Shown here: positions 10,273 through 19,594 of the stretch, piece by piece | Layout of the letters: every line of letters begins with the position of its first letter | Numbering within the stretch: position 1 is the stretch's first letter | Source of the DNA: a virus | Taxonomy: Duplodnaviria; Caudoviricetes | Strand: one strand, 5' to 3' | DNA: 34,636 nt | Virus record (IMG/VR): IMGVR_UViG_3300040971_000117 | Coordinates: 1 to 34,636 of that record | Notes under the pieces: model-generated | Database searches by the model: none | What the model saw: only the letters and a program-made list of their open reading frames with translations | Told to the model about the DNA's origin: nothing | Program-made: the position numbers and the translations under genes

Positions 10273-10907
10273 ATCACCAGGACCGTGCCAACATAGATTT
10301 CGACTGCCGCCAAATACTCATTCTTCAGCTCTTGCACGGATTTATTCAGGCCGGCCACATGGCTGCTCAGATCCACAGACACATCACCCTGCTTATAGAC
10401 AAATCCACCTTCGCTGGCTGCCACATTCGAGATCTTGCCGATTGCGATTGCCTGGGCCATCAGCATGATGATCCCTGCCTCTCGCTCTCCCAGATCATCG
10501 TAATATTCGCCATAATCATCCGTAGACAGGGCATACCCGGCCTTATAGCTGATCGTCCGCTGCAGGGTGTAGGTTGGGGTTGGGTAAAAGGTGATCACGC
10601 CGTTGGCAATCGTGGTATCTTCGCAAAAATCCAGGTCGACAGGGATCAGGCCCGAAGATGAGTTGATGATGCAATCCTTGGCATACAGCGCTGCCAGATC
10701 GATCAACTTCAAAAAATCTGCCGGCAGATCGTAGCTTGCGGTACCTGCCACAATACTCAGCGTGGCGATTTTCTTGCGGCCAGCCCGCTCTCCAAAATCG
10801 ATCACGGCCCGTTTGATCGCAGACTCATACTGCGCCTGGGTCGGGACGCCGTCCTGGGCGGGCACATCTTCCTGAAGCTGTTCAACCAAATCATCCAAAC
10901 GTATCAT
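10269..10907 (-). CDS. Head-tail adaptor/connector protein
   Basis: Start moved to MIRLDD (10907); YDLPADF, ITFYPTP, YKAGY and QGDVSV motifs. Confidence 0.65.
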   Translation of the reverse strand: MIRLDDLVEQLQEDVPAQDGVPTQAQYESAIKRAVIDFGERAGRKKIATLSIVAGTASYDLPADFLKLIDLAALYAKDCIINSSSGLIPVDLDFCEDTTIANGVITFYPTPTYTLQRTISYKAGYALSTDDYGEYYDDLGEREAGIIMLMAQAIAIGKISNVAASEGGFVYKQGDVSVDLSSHVAGLNKSVQELKNEYLAAVEIYVGTVLVM

Positions 10908-10914
10908 CGGTTTC

Positions 10915-11466
10915 TCACGATCTTCGCAGCACAACCAGCGTGCCAGCGACGGTATCGATCATCCATTGCGGATGCTGAGCAATAAAATCAGTCACGGCCT
11001 TGCGAATGCTGGGCCAGACTGGGTTGTCAAAATCATGGCAGGCAATCACCTGGGCAGATGGCCCCAGGTGCATCAGATCCGAAAAGATAAACTCATACGA
11101 ATGCCCGCCGTCAATCCATAACAGATCGATCGGTGCAGTCCAACCTTTGGCCAGGGTTCGGCTATCGCCTTCGCGCACATCGATCTGATTGTGCAATTCA
11201 ATTTTGGCAAGGTTGGCAAGCAGCGTTTCGCGGCTGGAAACCATTTCAGGCAAAGGCGACCAACTGAAATCATCAAATACTGTGATCTTGGCGGTCGCTG
11301 CGCCCAGGCCCAATAAGGCAGTTGATCCGCCGTATAAACAACCGACTTCCACCACATGACCATTTTCCGGTACTTCCTTTGCCAGGCTGAAAAGCATTTC
11401 TTTTTCATTTTGCTCAAGCCAGGCCGGGATAACTTCTGCCAAACGAATTGCATCTTTTGCGTTCAT
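10915..11466 (-). CDS. Class I SAM-dependent methyltransferase (Methyltransf_24-like)
   Basis: VVEVGCLYGGST, IDLLWIDGGHSYE and IACHD motifs. Confidence 0.9.
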   Translation of the reverse strand: MNAKDAIRLAEVIPAWLEQNEKEMLFSLAKEVPENGHVVEVGCLYGGSTALLGLGAATAKITVFDDFSWSPLPEMVSSRETLLANLAKIELHNQIDVREGDSRTLAKGWTAPIDLLWIDGGHSYEFIFSDLMHLGPSAQVIACHDFDNPVWPSIRKAVTDFIAQHPQWMIDTVAGTLVVLRRS

Positions 11467-11475
11467 AAATTTCTC

Positions 11476-12066
11476 CTAAAGAAGATTCCAAAGCGCCAGA
11501 TAGCCGTCATTTCCGGGGCCGTCCTGGTAAAAAAATAATGGATCAGGCAGGTTGAATGGGTCTGCCAGTAAGTTGAGCCTGCGCCAGTTGCCATCCTCGA
11601 TGTCTTCGTTGACTTCCTGGTGAGGGTGGGTGGTGGCCAGCAAATACGCAGATTCACTATTCTCAAAGTTATGCAGCGCTTTTTTCACGTTCGCGAATGA
11701 AAGATGGAAAAGAACGGTCCTGCAAATGATTAAGTCAACTTTGGGCAGTGGGGATGATGTAATGTCTGCCACAAAGAACTTGCCCTTGCCCGAATATTTC
11801 TGAGCGTTTTCTGCGATCATCTCAGGAACAATGTCACAGGCGCGCACATCGATCTTTCCCAGATCCAATCGACTCATCCAGTTCCAATCACCGCAGCCGG
11901 CATCCAGCATGCTGTGGATCTGAAGATCGGACAATAGCCTCGGCAGTAAATCGCGGATTTCTACGGTCCGGTCCATTCGCGATCCGCCGCCTGAGACCGA
12001 TTCATCATCGGCCCAGCTGTTCTCTTCGTAGATCTGTGTGAAGCGTTTCTTTAAGTTTTTTTGCAT
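11476..12066 (-). CDS. Class I SAM-dependent methyltransferase (glycan-locus type)
   Basis: SGGGS, MLDAGCGDWNW, DLIICRTVLFHL and WRRLNL...PF motifs. Confidence 0.9.
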   Translation of the reverse strand: MQKNLKKRFTQIYEENSWADDESVSGGGSRMDRTVEIRDLLPRLLSDLQIHSMLDAGCGDWNWMSRLDLGKIDVRACDIVPEMIAENAQKYSGKGKFFVADITSSPLPKVDLIICRTVLFHLSFANVKKALHNFENSESAYLLATTHPHQEVNEDIEDGNWRRLNLLADPFNLPDPLFFYQDGPGNDGYLALWNLL

Positions 12067-12077
12067 AATGATTCCGA

Positions 12078-13865
12078 TCAGGCTACATTCGAGCGCACAT
12101 CTCCGCGCCCGTAATTATGGAAAATCACCACTGTCCGTGACTTGTTGCGGTGCGGATGGTTCCAATCGATTGCCAGGCGCTTTACCTGCAATTCAGGCAC
12201 CTGGTAGATTGCCCTGGTCAGCGCAAGCTGCTCATCCCACTGCGAAAAACGTGGCCATTCTGCCTGCCAGCGCTTGAAAACTTCTTCAGCCGCGGCTGAC
12301 TTCCTGAAGAACAAAACGCCGCTGTTCAAGAATTTCTCATCATGACCGATTGCCTGCAGGGTGTAGTCACGCTCCTCGATGTTGACTTCCCACCCGGCTA
12401 GCGGTTTGTTATACAGCTTACTGATCGGGTTCATCTCTTCAGCGATCGCAATATCGTGCTGATCCAGCATCAGGAAGCCAGGGGTGATATCGCGCATGAA
12501 TTCCGTATCCGCATCGATGTAAAGGCTGTAATCGTAGGGAGAATAATCATATAAAAATGGCTTAACTCGACCGGCGCGAAACTGGAAGTTTTTCTTCTGG
12601 TCCGCATCGAATGGAGATTGTCCATTCCACTCGATAAAGTCTGCATTCCTGACCTTTGAGCTCCCAACCACAGTCACCGGAATTTGAAATCCCAACCGGC
12701 GCAGGGTTCGCACGCTGGCCTCTACACCGAGCGCCGCTTTTTCTCCAAAAGCCATGTAAATGATCCCGATCGATTTGCCATTGATATGCGTGAAAGGTTC
12801 TCCAGATCTGGCATAGTCGCTCAACTTCGGCAGCGGTTTTGCAGACAAGAAACTATCGATCGCGTTCACTGCGGTTTGCGCGGCATTGCCTCGCACTGGG
12901 TATGCAGCCTCGACCGCCATAATCCGTTTCTGCTGTTGATCCGGCGTATTTTGCAGGGCCTTATCGACTGCCTGCACCAGGTGCGCAGCATCGTCACAGT
13001 TGACGCCTACATCAGCATGTTCCCAAAATCTCAGCCCGAAACGCACGCTGCGCCGGTAGATCGGAGCGTTCAAGACCACCACCGGTTTCCCAAGGCTGGC
13101 AAACTCATACAGCGTGGACGATGCATCGTTGACATAAACATCTGCTTGATCCATCACCTGCTCGAAATCATCCACCATCTCGATCCCCATCCGCTTGAAA
13201 ATCGGTCGCATTTCTGCAATGTTGCGCGGATGGCCATGCCCGATCACCTTGTACTTTTTTGCCAGGATCGGCAGCGCAGACTGAAACCATGGAAATGCAG
13301 ATCGCGTTTCAAGCGCCACTCTGCAATCCCAGTGGAATGAAACCGCGATCACCGGGTTTTCAGGGCATTGCCATTCTTTCACCAGCTGGTGACGTTTGTC
13401 CAGCTTTGGGCAGCCGATCACCACGTTTGGGATATCCGGATAGGCTCGAATATTGGCGCCAGAAACATACTCGTTTGGGTTCAAGAACAGATCAACGTGC
13501 TTGCGCTCTCCGTTTCCGCCAGAATAACTGGGATGCCCATTCCGAAAGGTAAACCCTGCGCCATGTTCCATAAACATCTTGATCCGCCGCGGTTGTTTCA
13601 ACGTTCGTTCAGCGGTCAGCACATCAGTTAAGTCACCATAGGCAGCCGTCACAATTGGATTGCCATTCCCAGGGAAGTCATAAATCTCATTCGCGGTGCG
13701 AGGTATATCCACGATATCTGCGCCAAATTCGCGCCCGGCGCAATCCCGGTACAACTCTTCAGATACATAAAACTCACCCTGCCGCTCTCCCAATTGTTTC
13801 CAGATTGGCAGCATGTGCTCCAGAAAATGAATGCGTTTGGCGAAAAAATCAACTTTGTAGGTCAT
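12078..13865 (-). CDS. Two-domain glycosyltransferase: N-terminal TagB/TagF-like (GT-B) plus C-terminal GT-A (GT8-like)
   Basis: EHG, GCPKLD, HPR and ADVYVNDASSTLYEFASLGKPVV; then YIDADT (DxD), NSGVLFF, DEQLAL and FHNYG. Confidence 0.85.
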   Translation of the reverse strand: MTYKVDFFAKRIHFLEHMLPIWKQLGERQGEFYVSEELYRDCAGREFGADIVDIPRTANEIYDFPGNGNPIVTAAYGDLTDVLTAERTLKQPRRIKMFMEHGAGFTFRNGHPSYSGGNGERKHVDLFLNPNEYVSGANIRAYPDIPNVVIGCPKLDKRHQLVKEWQCPENPVIAVSFHWDCRVALETRSAFPWFQSALPILAKKYKVIGHGHPRNIAEMRPIFKRMGIEMVDDFEQVMDQADVYVNDASSTLYEFASLGKPVVVLNAPIYRRSVRFGLRFWEHADVGVNCDDAAHLVQAVDKALQNTPDQQQKRIMAVEAAYPVRGNAAQTAVNAIDSFLSAKPLPKLSDYARSGEPFTHINGKSIGIIYMAFGEKAALGVEASVRTLRRLGFQIPVTVVGSSKVRNADFIEWNGQSPFDADQKKNFQFRAGRVKPFLYDYSPYDYSLYIDADTEFMRDITPGFLMLDQHDIAIAEEMNPISKLYNKPLAGWEVNIEERDYTLQAIGHDEKFLNSGVLFFRKSAAAEEVFKRWQAEWPRFSQWDEQLALTRAIYQVPELQVKRLAIDWNHPHRNKSRTVVIFHNYGRGDVRSNVA

Positions 13866-13877
13866 AATTTTCTCTTT

Positions 13878-13907
13878 GGCCGGGGAGCTTCGTGGAGCTC
13901 CCCGGCC
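13878..13907. terminator. GC-rich hairpin after the capsid gene (mRNA stabiliser or attenuator)
   Basis: GGCCGGGGAGCT-6nt-AGCTCCCCGGCC perfect 12-bp stem; no U-tract on the coding strand. Confidence 0.6.
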
Positions 13908-13923
13908 TTCGGGAGAAGGAATA

Positions 13924-16545
13924 CTACGAGCCAGCCTCGTCGATCACGATGTAAGAGCCCTTTTCAGCCACAGGAGCTTCAGTGGCGTTGTACTCTTCGG
14001 TGTAATACTGATCAGCCGCGATCAGCTTGCCGTCCGTGTGATAGGTCGGGAAGGGTCCCTTGACGATCATCGGCTGGAAGATGCGGTGCATCACCAGTTG
14101 GCGGTTGCCAACAAGGATCGTATCTTCAGCAAATTCGGTGCTGGCAAAGATCGGCAGGCTCTTAACGCTGCCAGCAAAACCGGCAGCATTCAGCACCGCA
14201 TTCGGCCAGCCATCGCGCTTGAAACCTTCCCAGTTGCTCAGAGTTTCGGCATTGGCAGCGCTCGCCAGGATGAAATCGGGCGAGTAATAGCGATCGTAAA
14301 CCTTGATCTTGGCCAGGCCGATCAGGCGCACCAGTTCAGCCAGTTCGGCTTGGGTCGTGCCACGCGTCCAGGTGCCGCCGCTGTTGCCGCTGACTGTTTT
14401 GACCGCCGAATAGGCCTGATACAGCATGCCCTGGTCGATCTTGATCCGCGTTTGGCGGATCAGGCTGGTCAGCGTGCGCTGCACAAGATCCATGCCCAAC
14501 TGCGAGCGCGAGAAAACGATCGCTTCACTGCTGATTTGGTCTGCCAGGCGATCAGCCGCGGCTGAAATATCCTTGTAGGCCAGGGTGATCTTGCCGCGCT
14601 CGATGGGCTGCATTTCGCCCTTGCGGATCGCGGTGTAGTTGTAGGTGATCAGCAGAGCCTGGTTATCGGTGATTGTGGTCAGTGCCATGAATTTGCCATT
14701 GGCATAATCGATGACGTAGTCAGTGCCTTCGACATAGGTCACGTTTTCGGCTTCATTGGTGACAACCACACTTCCCGGGGTTAGGCGTTTCTGTGCCAGG
14801 GAAACCCATACGCTCAGGTCAGCCACCAGGGCCGCCCCCGTTACCGTGCCAGCATAGCCAGTTTCACCAGCAAAGGTTTCATAGAACAGGCGCTCAGGCG
14901 AGTTGTTCATTAGGCCGATATCAAAGATGCCAGCGCTGACCAGGGTCGGGAACACTTCTTCGATGATGGTGCGCGAGACGCTGTACGGCAGGTTCAGATC
15001 GGACGTAATGCTGGCTTCCTGCCACTGACGTGCTTCGGCGATCAGGCGGTCTTTGTGCAGCTCATCAAAACGTTTCAAAATCTGGATGGTAAGGTAGTCA
15101 GCAGCGGTCACTGGCTTGCGCAGATCGCGCCGCTCGCGCATTTGGCTCACGCTCAGCGACTCATTCAGTTCAAACGAGACACGCGCAAATTCGGGCGTGC
15201 CAGTCTGGGACTCGAGCACCGGCGAGATGCCAGAGATCGAGCCGCTCCAGCCCATTGCTTCGAGCTTGCGACCGGCAAACAGCTTGTCATATTCGGCCCG
15301 CTTGGCTTCCACCAGGCTATTGACCGCGGCAGCATCCTGCGGCTTGGCGGCTTTGATCGATTCCACGAAAGACTTGTTGCCCTCAACACCGTAGGGCAGT
15401 TCTTTCGTGGCTTCAGCGATCGCAGACTCGATCGATTGCAGGCGCTGGCCTTCTTCGAACTTGCGCGAGTTTTCGATCATAACTTTCAGCGACTCATTGA
15501 CATCCACTTTGGCCGGGTCAATTTTCATTGCTTCGCTGATTTTTCCCCACAGGGTTTGCAGTTGGGGTTCGGCCATAACCTTGAGCTGGTCAGCCGAAAC
15601 ATTGAACAAATCGGGGCGCGCTTCGAGCAACGCCATAAGTTTTTCCAACAGGTTCATTCTGATATCCTCCGCGCCAGGTTCTTCGGCCTGGGCACTTTCT
15701 AAAATGGTTTGTGAGTTTCCAAAACTGGCTTCAGTGACCACGTCAATGCCGGTGATGTGCAGTTCGTTAACTTCTTCGAACTTGTTGCCATTATCCGTCA
15801 CAGTCTCAGTCGATCCGTAGCCGCGAATACTCCCACCAGGTACAACGCCGATCGCCGCGAGCGCCTGGATGTGCCTGCCGCCTTCGGTTTCAGTTGCCAG
15901 CAAACCTGATACGTTGACATCCCTGCCGTCAAACGTCACATCAGTCCACCGGATAACCGTCTCCATCAGGTTGGCACGCCGCGCGCCTTTGTCACTTGGA
16001 TGTTCTACCTCGCCGAGTAGCATCAAACGTCCCTGGCCAGCGCTTTCGTGCAGGTGGGTTTTCAGTTCTTCCACCGCAGCCTGTAAAACGCTTGCCGGGT
16101 AACGCCTGTTGTTGCCGTTGATTTCGCCAGCCGTCATCAGGTTCTTGATGTGGATCTTGCGCGCGCCTTTTGCGCTTTCTTCCAACATCCAAACCGATTC
16201 CGTAAGGCTTTTGGGCTTGTAGGTCAGCTCGACCACCTGCCACTGATCACGCGCATCGAACATGATTCCTTCGTTCGATTGCGCGAAATTGACCTTGAAA
16301 TATTCATCTTCGTTGAGCGGTATGCTCACCGCTTGGGTGGCTGTCCAGTCCCGGATTTTGACCATCACATGATCTGGGAAGATTTCCGCCAGGTCATAGT
16401 AAACATGGTCTGTATCGGGGAATTGCCGCCCAAAGGCCTGCCGGATTTCATAGCGCTCATAATCGAGCGAGCCCTTTACCAGCTCCTCGAGCCGTTTGCC
16501 CTTGTTCTTGCTTTCCTGCAAAAGAATAAGTGTCTTGCCCATCAT
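13924..16545 (-). CDS. Fused prohead protease (T4 gp21/U9-like) - scaffold - major capsid protein
   Basis: NGNNRRYP, LGEVEHP, GGSIRGYGS and GIDVVTEAS protease motifs; coiled-coil middle; capsid-like C-terminal half; GGAGG RBS; no other capsid candidate in the head module. Confidence 0.85.
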   Translation of the reverse strand: MMGKTLILLQESKNKGKRLEELVKGSLDYERYEIRQAFGRQFPDTDHVYYDLAEIFPDHVMVKIRDWTATQAVSIPLNEDEYFKVNFAQSNEGIMFDARDQWQVVELTYKPKSLTESVWMLEESAKGARKIHIKNLMTAGEINGNNRRYPASVLQAAVEELKTHLHESAGQGRLMLLGEVEHPSDKGARRANLMETVIRWTDVTFDGRDVNVSGLLATETEGGRHIQALAAIGVVPGGSIRGYGSTETVTDNGNKFEEVNELHITGIDVVTEASFGNSQTILESAQAEEPGAEDIRMNLLEKLMALLEARPDLFNVSADQLKVMAEPQLQTLWGKISEAMKIDPAKVDVNESLKVMIENSRKFEEGQRLQSIESAIAEATKELPYGVEGNKSFVESIKAAKPQDAAAVNSLVEAKRAEYDKLFAGRKLEAMGWSGSISGISPVLESQTGTPEFARVSFELNESLSVSQMRERRDLRKPVTAADYLTIQILKRFDELHKDRLIAEARQWQEASITSDLNLPYSVSRTIIEEVFPTLVSAGIFDIGLMNNSPERLFYETFAGETGYAGTVTGAALVADLSVWVSLAQKRLTPGSVVVTNEAENVTYVEGTDYVIDYANGKFMALTTITDNQALLITYNYTAIRKGEMQPIERGKITLAYKDISAAADRLADQISSEAIVFSRSQLGMDLVQRTLTSLIRQTRIKIDQGMLYQAYSAVKTVSGNSGGTWTRGTTQAELAELVRLIGLAKIKVYDRYYSPDFILASAANAETLSNWEGFKRDGWPNAVLNAAGFAGSVKSLPIFASTEFAEDTILVGNRQLVMHRIFQPMIVKGPFPTYHTDGKLIAADQYYTEEYNATEAPVAEKGSYIVIDEAGS

Positions 16546-18131
16546 TACCTCCGACCATCCAGATCTGCATAATTGAATAACGCTGCCGCATCAACAACCA
16601 CCGGTGCGCTGGCAGCGGGCTTCTCGCTGCCGGTATCCTGGGCCATCATCTGAACTGACCCGCTTACAAAATCGATCATGTCATCATGGCGTCCCTTGGG
16701 GAAACTGGCCGCCTGCCGAATAAAAGGTTTATTCCAGGGTCCGCGCACCAAAAATACGCGCTTGTTCTTTGCTCGCCGTCGCCAGGCCCGGGCCCGCTCG
16801 ACCTTGTCACCCTTGGGGTCAACGGCTAATATTTCCGTGTTGACCAGGCTCTGGTCAGCCATGAAGTTCTTGAAAACCAGTTTTTGGAAGGCCACGCTTT
16901 CCACACCCCAAACAGTACCGGCCTCGCCATCTGAAAGCATGCGCTGCCGTACTTCAGGCAGGAACAAACCTTCCAGGTCGCGTTCCTGGAATAGATCCCG
17001 GATATACAGGTTTTCACCGCCCATCGCCACGCCGCCGGTTGCATTGAAATCGCTGGTGGCGCTTTCGCCCATTGCCAGGTCGATGTACGAATACCAGCGC
17101 AGGCCGTCTGGAGCGCGGTCGATGATCTGGAAGTCGCCATCATCGAAGAAACCGCCGATCGCCAGGCGCGGCATCTGCTGGTACTGCGAGATAAATTCAA
17201 AGTCTTCGATATTCGCTGCGATCTTCCTCAGCTGCTCGGCATTATGTTTCTCTGGCCAGAGCGGCTCTCCTGGTGCGCGGCCAAGCTGGTCGCCATTCAT
17301 CGGGATGAACGCCCCGCGCGCCATGGTTTCCATGAACTGCTCTTCGTTGACCGGGTAGTCTTTCTCTTCCAGAGCTAGAGCAGGCAGGAAGACAATATCC
17401 CACTGGTCCGCATCCGGATCTCCGATTGAATCAGCCAGCAACACGCCCGCGATATCTTCCTGATCCCAACGGGTCAGAATAATGATGATCGCGGCGCCAT
17501 CTTCTTGGCGTGTGTAAAAACTGGACCGGTACCACTTGACCACGCGCTTGCGCTGCGGTTCGCTCTCTGCCTCGTCTCTGTTCTTGAACGGATCATCCAG
17601 GATCAGCAGATGACCGCCCTTACCGACGATTGCGCCGCCCACACCGGCGCTGATCATCCCGCCGCTGTGGTTTTCCAGCGCCCAGGCCGCTGCGCTGCGT
17701 TTGTCATCATTGACTTCCACCGGCACTTCCAGCGAAGACCGCTCGCCAAAAATGTTTTTGTATTTCTCGCCTTCGATCAAATCGCGCACCCGCCCACTGT
17801 GCTCGGTGGCGAGGTCTGCGCCATAGGATGCCAGGATGATGCGTTTCTCTGGGTCTTTTCCCAGCAACCAGGCCGGGAATTTCTGTGAAGCGGTGTTCGA
17901 TTTCCAATAGCGGGGCGGCATGAACACCATAAGCCGCGGGATGCCGCTCTGGCCGCCGCTCAACACATATTCAGCGACGCCTTCCAGCTTTTCAGCCAGC
18001 AACTGCAAATGACGGGCTTCCACCGGGTATTTCTTATCCACATAGCCACAGAACGGCAAAAAGTGCCTGCGCGCTTTTTCGCGCCGCACGCGTTCTTGCA
18101 CTCCGGAGCCAGGTGAAACCGCACTACTCAT
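16545..18131 (-). CDS. terL: Terminase large subunit
   Basis: MPPRYWKS Walker A variant, LLILDDPFK Walker B, TRW motif, YQQ.P, DLA, FPKGRHDDMID nuclease motif; start set at MSSAV. Confidence 0.97.
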   Translation of the reverse strand: MSSAVSPGSGVQERVRREKARRHFLPFCGYVDKKYPVEARHLQLLAEKLEGVAEYVLSGGQSGIPRLMVFMPPRYWKSNTASQKFPAWLLGKDPEKRIILASYGADLATEHSGRVRDLIEGEKYKNIFGERSSLEVPVEVNDDKRSAAAWALENHSGGMISAGVGGAIVGKGGHLLILDDPFKNRDEAESEPQRKRVVKWYRSSFYTRQEDGAAIIIILTRWDQEDIAGVLLADSIGDPDADQWDIVFLPALALEEKDYPVNEEQFMETMARGAFIPMNGDQLGRAPGEPLWPEKHNAEQLRKIAANIEDFEFISQYQQMPRLAIGGFFDDGDFQIIDRAPDGLRWYSYIDLAMGESATSDFNATGGVAMGGENLYIRDLFQERDLEGLFLPEVRQRMLSDGEAGTVWGVESVAFQKLVFKNFMADQSLVNTEILAVDPKGDKVERARAWRRRAKNKRVFLVRGPWNKPFIRQAASFPKGRHDDMIDFVSGSVQMMAQDTGSEKPAASAPVVVDAAALFNYADLDGRR

Positions 18132-18804
18132 TTGAATCTCCCAGACTATCCAGTTCTTCATCGCTCAGATCTTCAAGCTGGGCTTTCCCATCATCGCGGA
18201 TCTTCTTCAGCAGCTCGCGCATCGACAGGGCATCGATCGCATCCAGCTCAGCATCGCTCAGCTCGCTCAGATCCTGGGCCGCCTTATTGGTGTTGATATC
18301 CAGTTTGGCGTTTGGCATATCCCGCGTCAGCTCTACAAACAACCGCTGCTGGGCTGCCGCCTTGTAATCGTGCTGGCTTGCACCCCAGCCAATCGCCTCG
18401 AAAACACTCGGGCGATATTGCATCAGCGATTCGCCTTGCAGATCTGCGATCATCTGATCGATCGGGTATTTTTTGCGCCAGTCTGCAATCCTGCGATCGC
18501 TGGTCAGGCCCAGAACTTCGCGAGCAAACTCATCTTGACTGGATGGTATGCGTTGACCCTTTGGAACCGATGACCACGCCACAAACGCTGCGATCCGCCA
18601 GGGAATGTTGGCATTCAACAAGCGATGGTACTGATCAAAATATTCAGGGGAATCTTCACCCAAAGCCAGCTTGGATGCCATCGACCGCGCTTTTATTTCT
18701 GCCACAGACAAGCTGGCATACCCTGCGCCGCCTTCTTCGGCATCTCGCACGGTTTCTGCAAATCCTTCCAGTTCAATCTGTGTTAAAAGCCGAATCTTTG
18801 CCAT
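18124..18804 (-). CDS. terS: Terminase small subunit
   Basis: HTH (SQDEFAREVLGLTSDRRIADWRK), two C-terminal LSDxELD repeats, overlaps the terL start. Confidence 0.8.
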   Translation of the reverse strand: MAKIRLLTQIELEGFAETVRDAEEGGAGYASLSVAEIKARSMASKLALGEDSPEYFDQYHRLLNANIPWRIAAFVAWSSVPKGQRIPSSQDEFAREVLGLTSDRRIADWRKKYPIDQMIADLQGESLMQYRPSVFEAIGWGASQHDYKAAAQQRLFVELTRDMPNAKLDINTNKAAQDLSELSDAELDAIDALSMRELLKKIRDDGKAQLEDLSDEELDSLGDSNE

Positions 18805-18806
18805 TG

Positions 18807-19151
18807 CTACTCGCTTTTCAAAAACTCGATCATGCGGTTGATCACTGATTGACGCCCATCCATAAATCCGCGGTTGTAATCGTTCGTGTCGCTGGGTGGC
18901 GCTCCGTTATTGCTGACATTACATAGATAGGTACCGGTGGGCAGGCGCACACAAATGTATGCATCCTGATCCCGCTTTTGTGGGTGGATAATCTTGGCCC
19001 ATTGTTCGGTTGTTTTCTGGCCTGGGTCATCCAGCAGACGAATAACTTCAAATTCCTGACCATTCTTGGCGTCATCAAGTACAGCAGCACCGGCATTTGG
19101 CCCGCGCCTGATTTTTACAATTGGTTTGCTTACGGTCAGCATCAGAGTCAT
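18807..19151 (-). CDS. Bacterial SH3-like domain protein
   Basis: VKIRRGPNAGAAVL...G..FEV...WAKI...AYI resembles SH3b. Confidence 0.6.
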   Translation of the reverse strand: MTLMLTVSKPIVKIRRGPNAGAAVLDDAKNGQEFEVIRLLDDPGQKTTEQWAKIIHPQKRDQDAYICVRLPTGTYLCNVSNNGAPPSDTNDYNRGFMDGRQSVINRMIEFLKSE

Positions 19152-19588
19152 TGTTGTGTCTCCGTGAAAGATTTTGTTCGACGCTTGGGGGCAGCCGGTC
19201 GATCAGCTGATCCATTAGACGCCCGCACGAATGTGTCATGATTGTTGATGGATACGGTCAGATCATTGATCTGTTCAACCAGTTTTGTAAGCACGGCGCT
19301 ATTGCGCTGGTCGTTGGTTATCCACTGCTCTTGCATATTCCTGAGAAATAATTGCCACTGTTGGTCTCGCTGCTTGGCTTGTTCTGCTTCCCAAACGCGC
19401 TGTTTATCACGCTCAATCTCACGTTTGGAATCTTGCTGCTCGCGCTCTGCTGCCCGAAAGGCCTCTTGTTTTTCCTGCCATCCGAGCAAATCTTTCCAAA
19501 ATTTGTAGAGCGCGCCAGCAATCAAAACTGTTGACAGGATCAGTACGGCAACGATTTGGAACTGCAACCAGACATCACTCGACGGCAT
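19148..19588 (-). CDS. Single-TM coiled-coil protein (holin/lysis-associated?)
   Basis: N-terminal hydrophobic helix followed by a Gln/Glu-rich coiled coil. Confidence 0.5.
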   Translation of the reverse strand: MPSSDVWLQFQIVAVLILSTVLIAGALYKFWKDLLGWQEKQEAFRAAEREQQDSKREIERDKQRVWEAEQAKQRDQQWQLFLRNMQEQWITNDQRNSAVLTKLVEQINDLTVSINNHDTFVRASNGSADRPAAPKRRTKSFTETQQ

Positions 19589-19594
19589 GGCGGG

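Noticed and set aside
17895-17925. TerL Walker A reads PPRYWKS instead of GKS, possibly inactive
   Set aside because: This position varies in PPR-type terminases and the other motifs are intact
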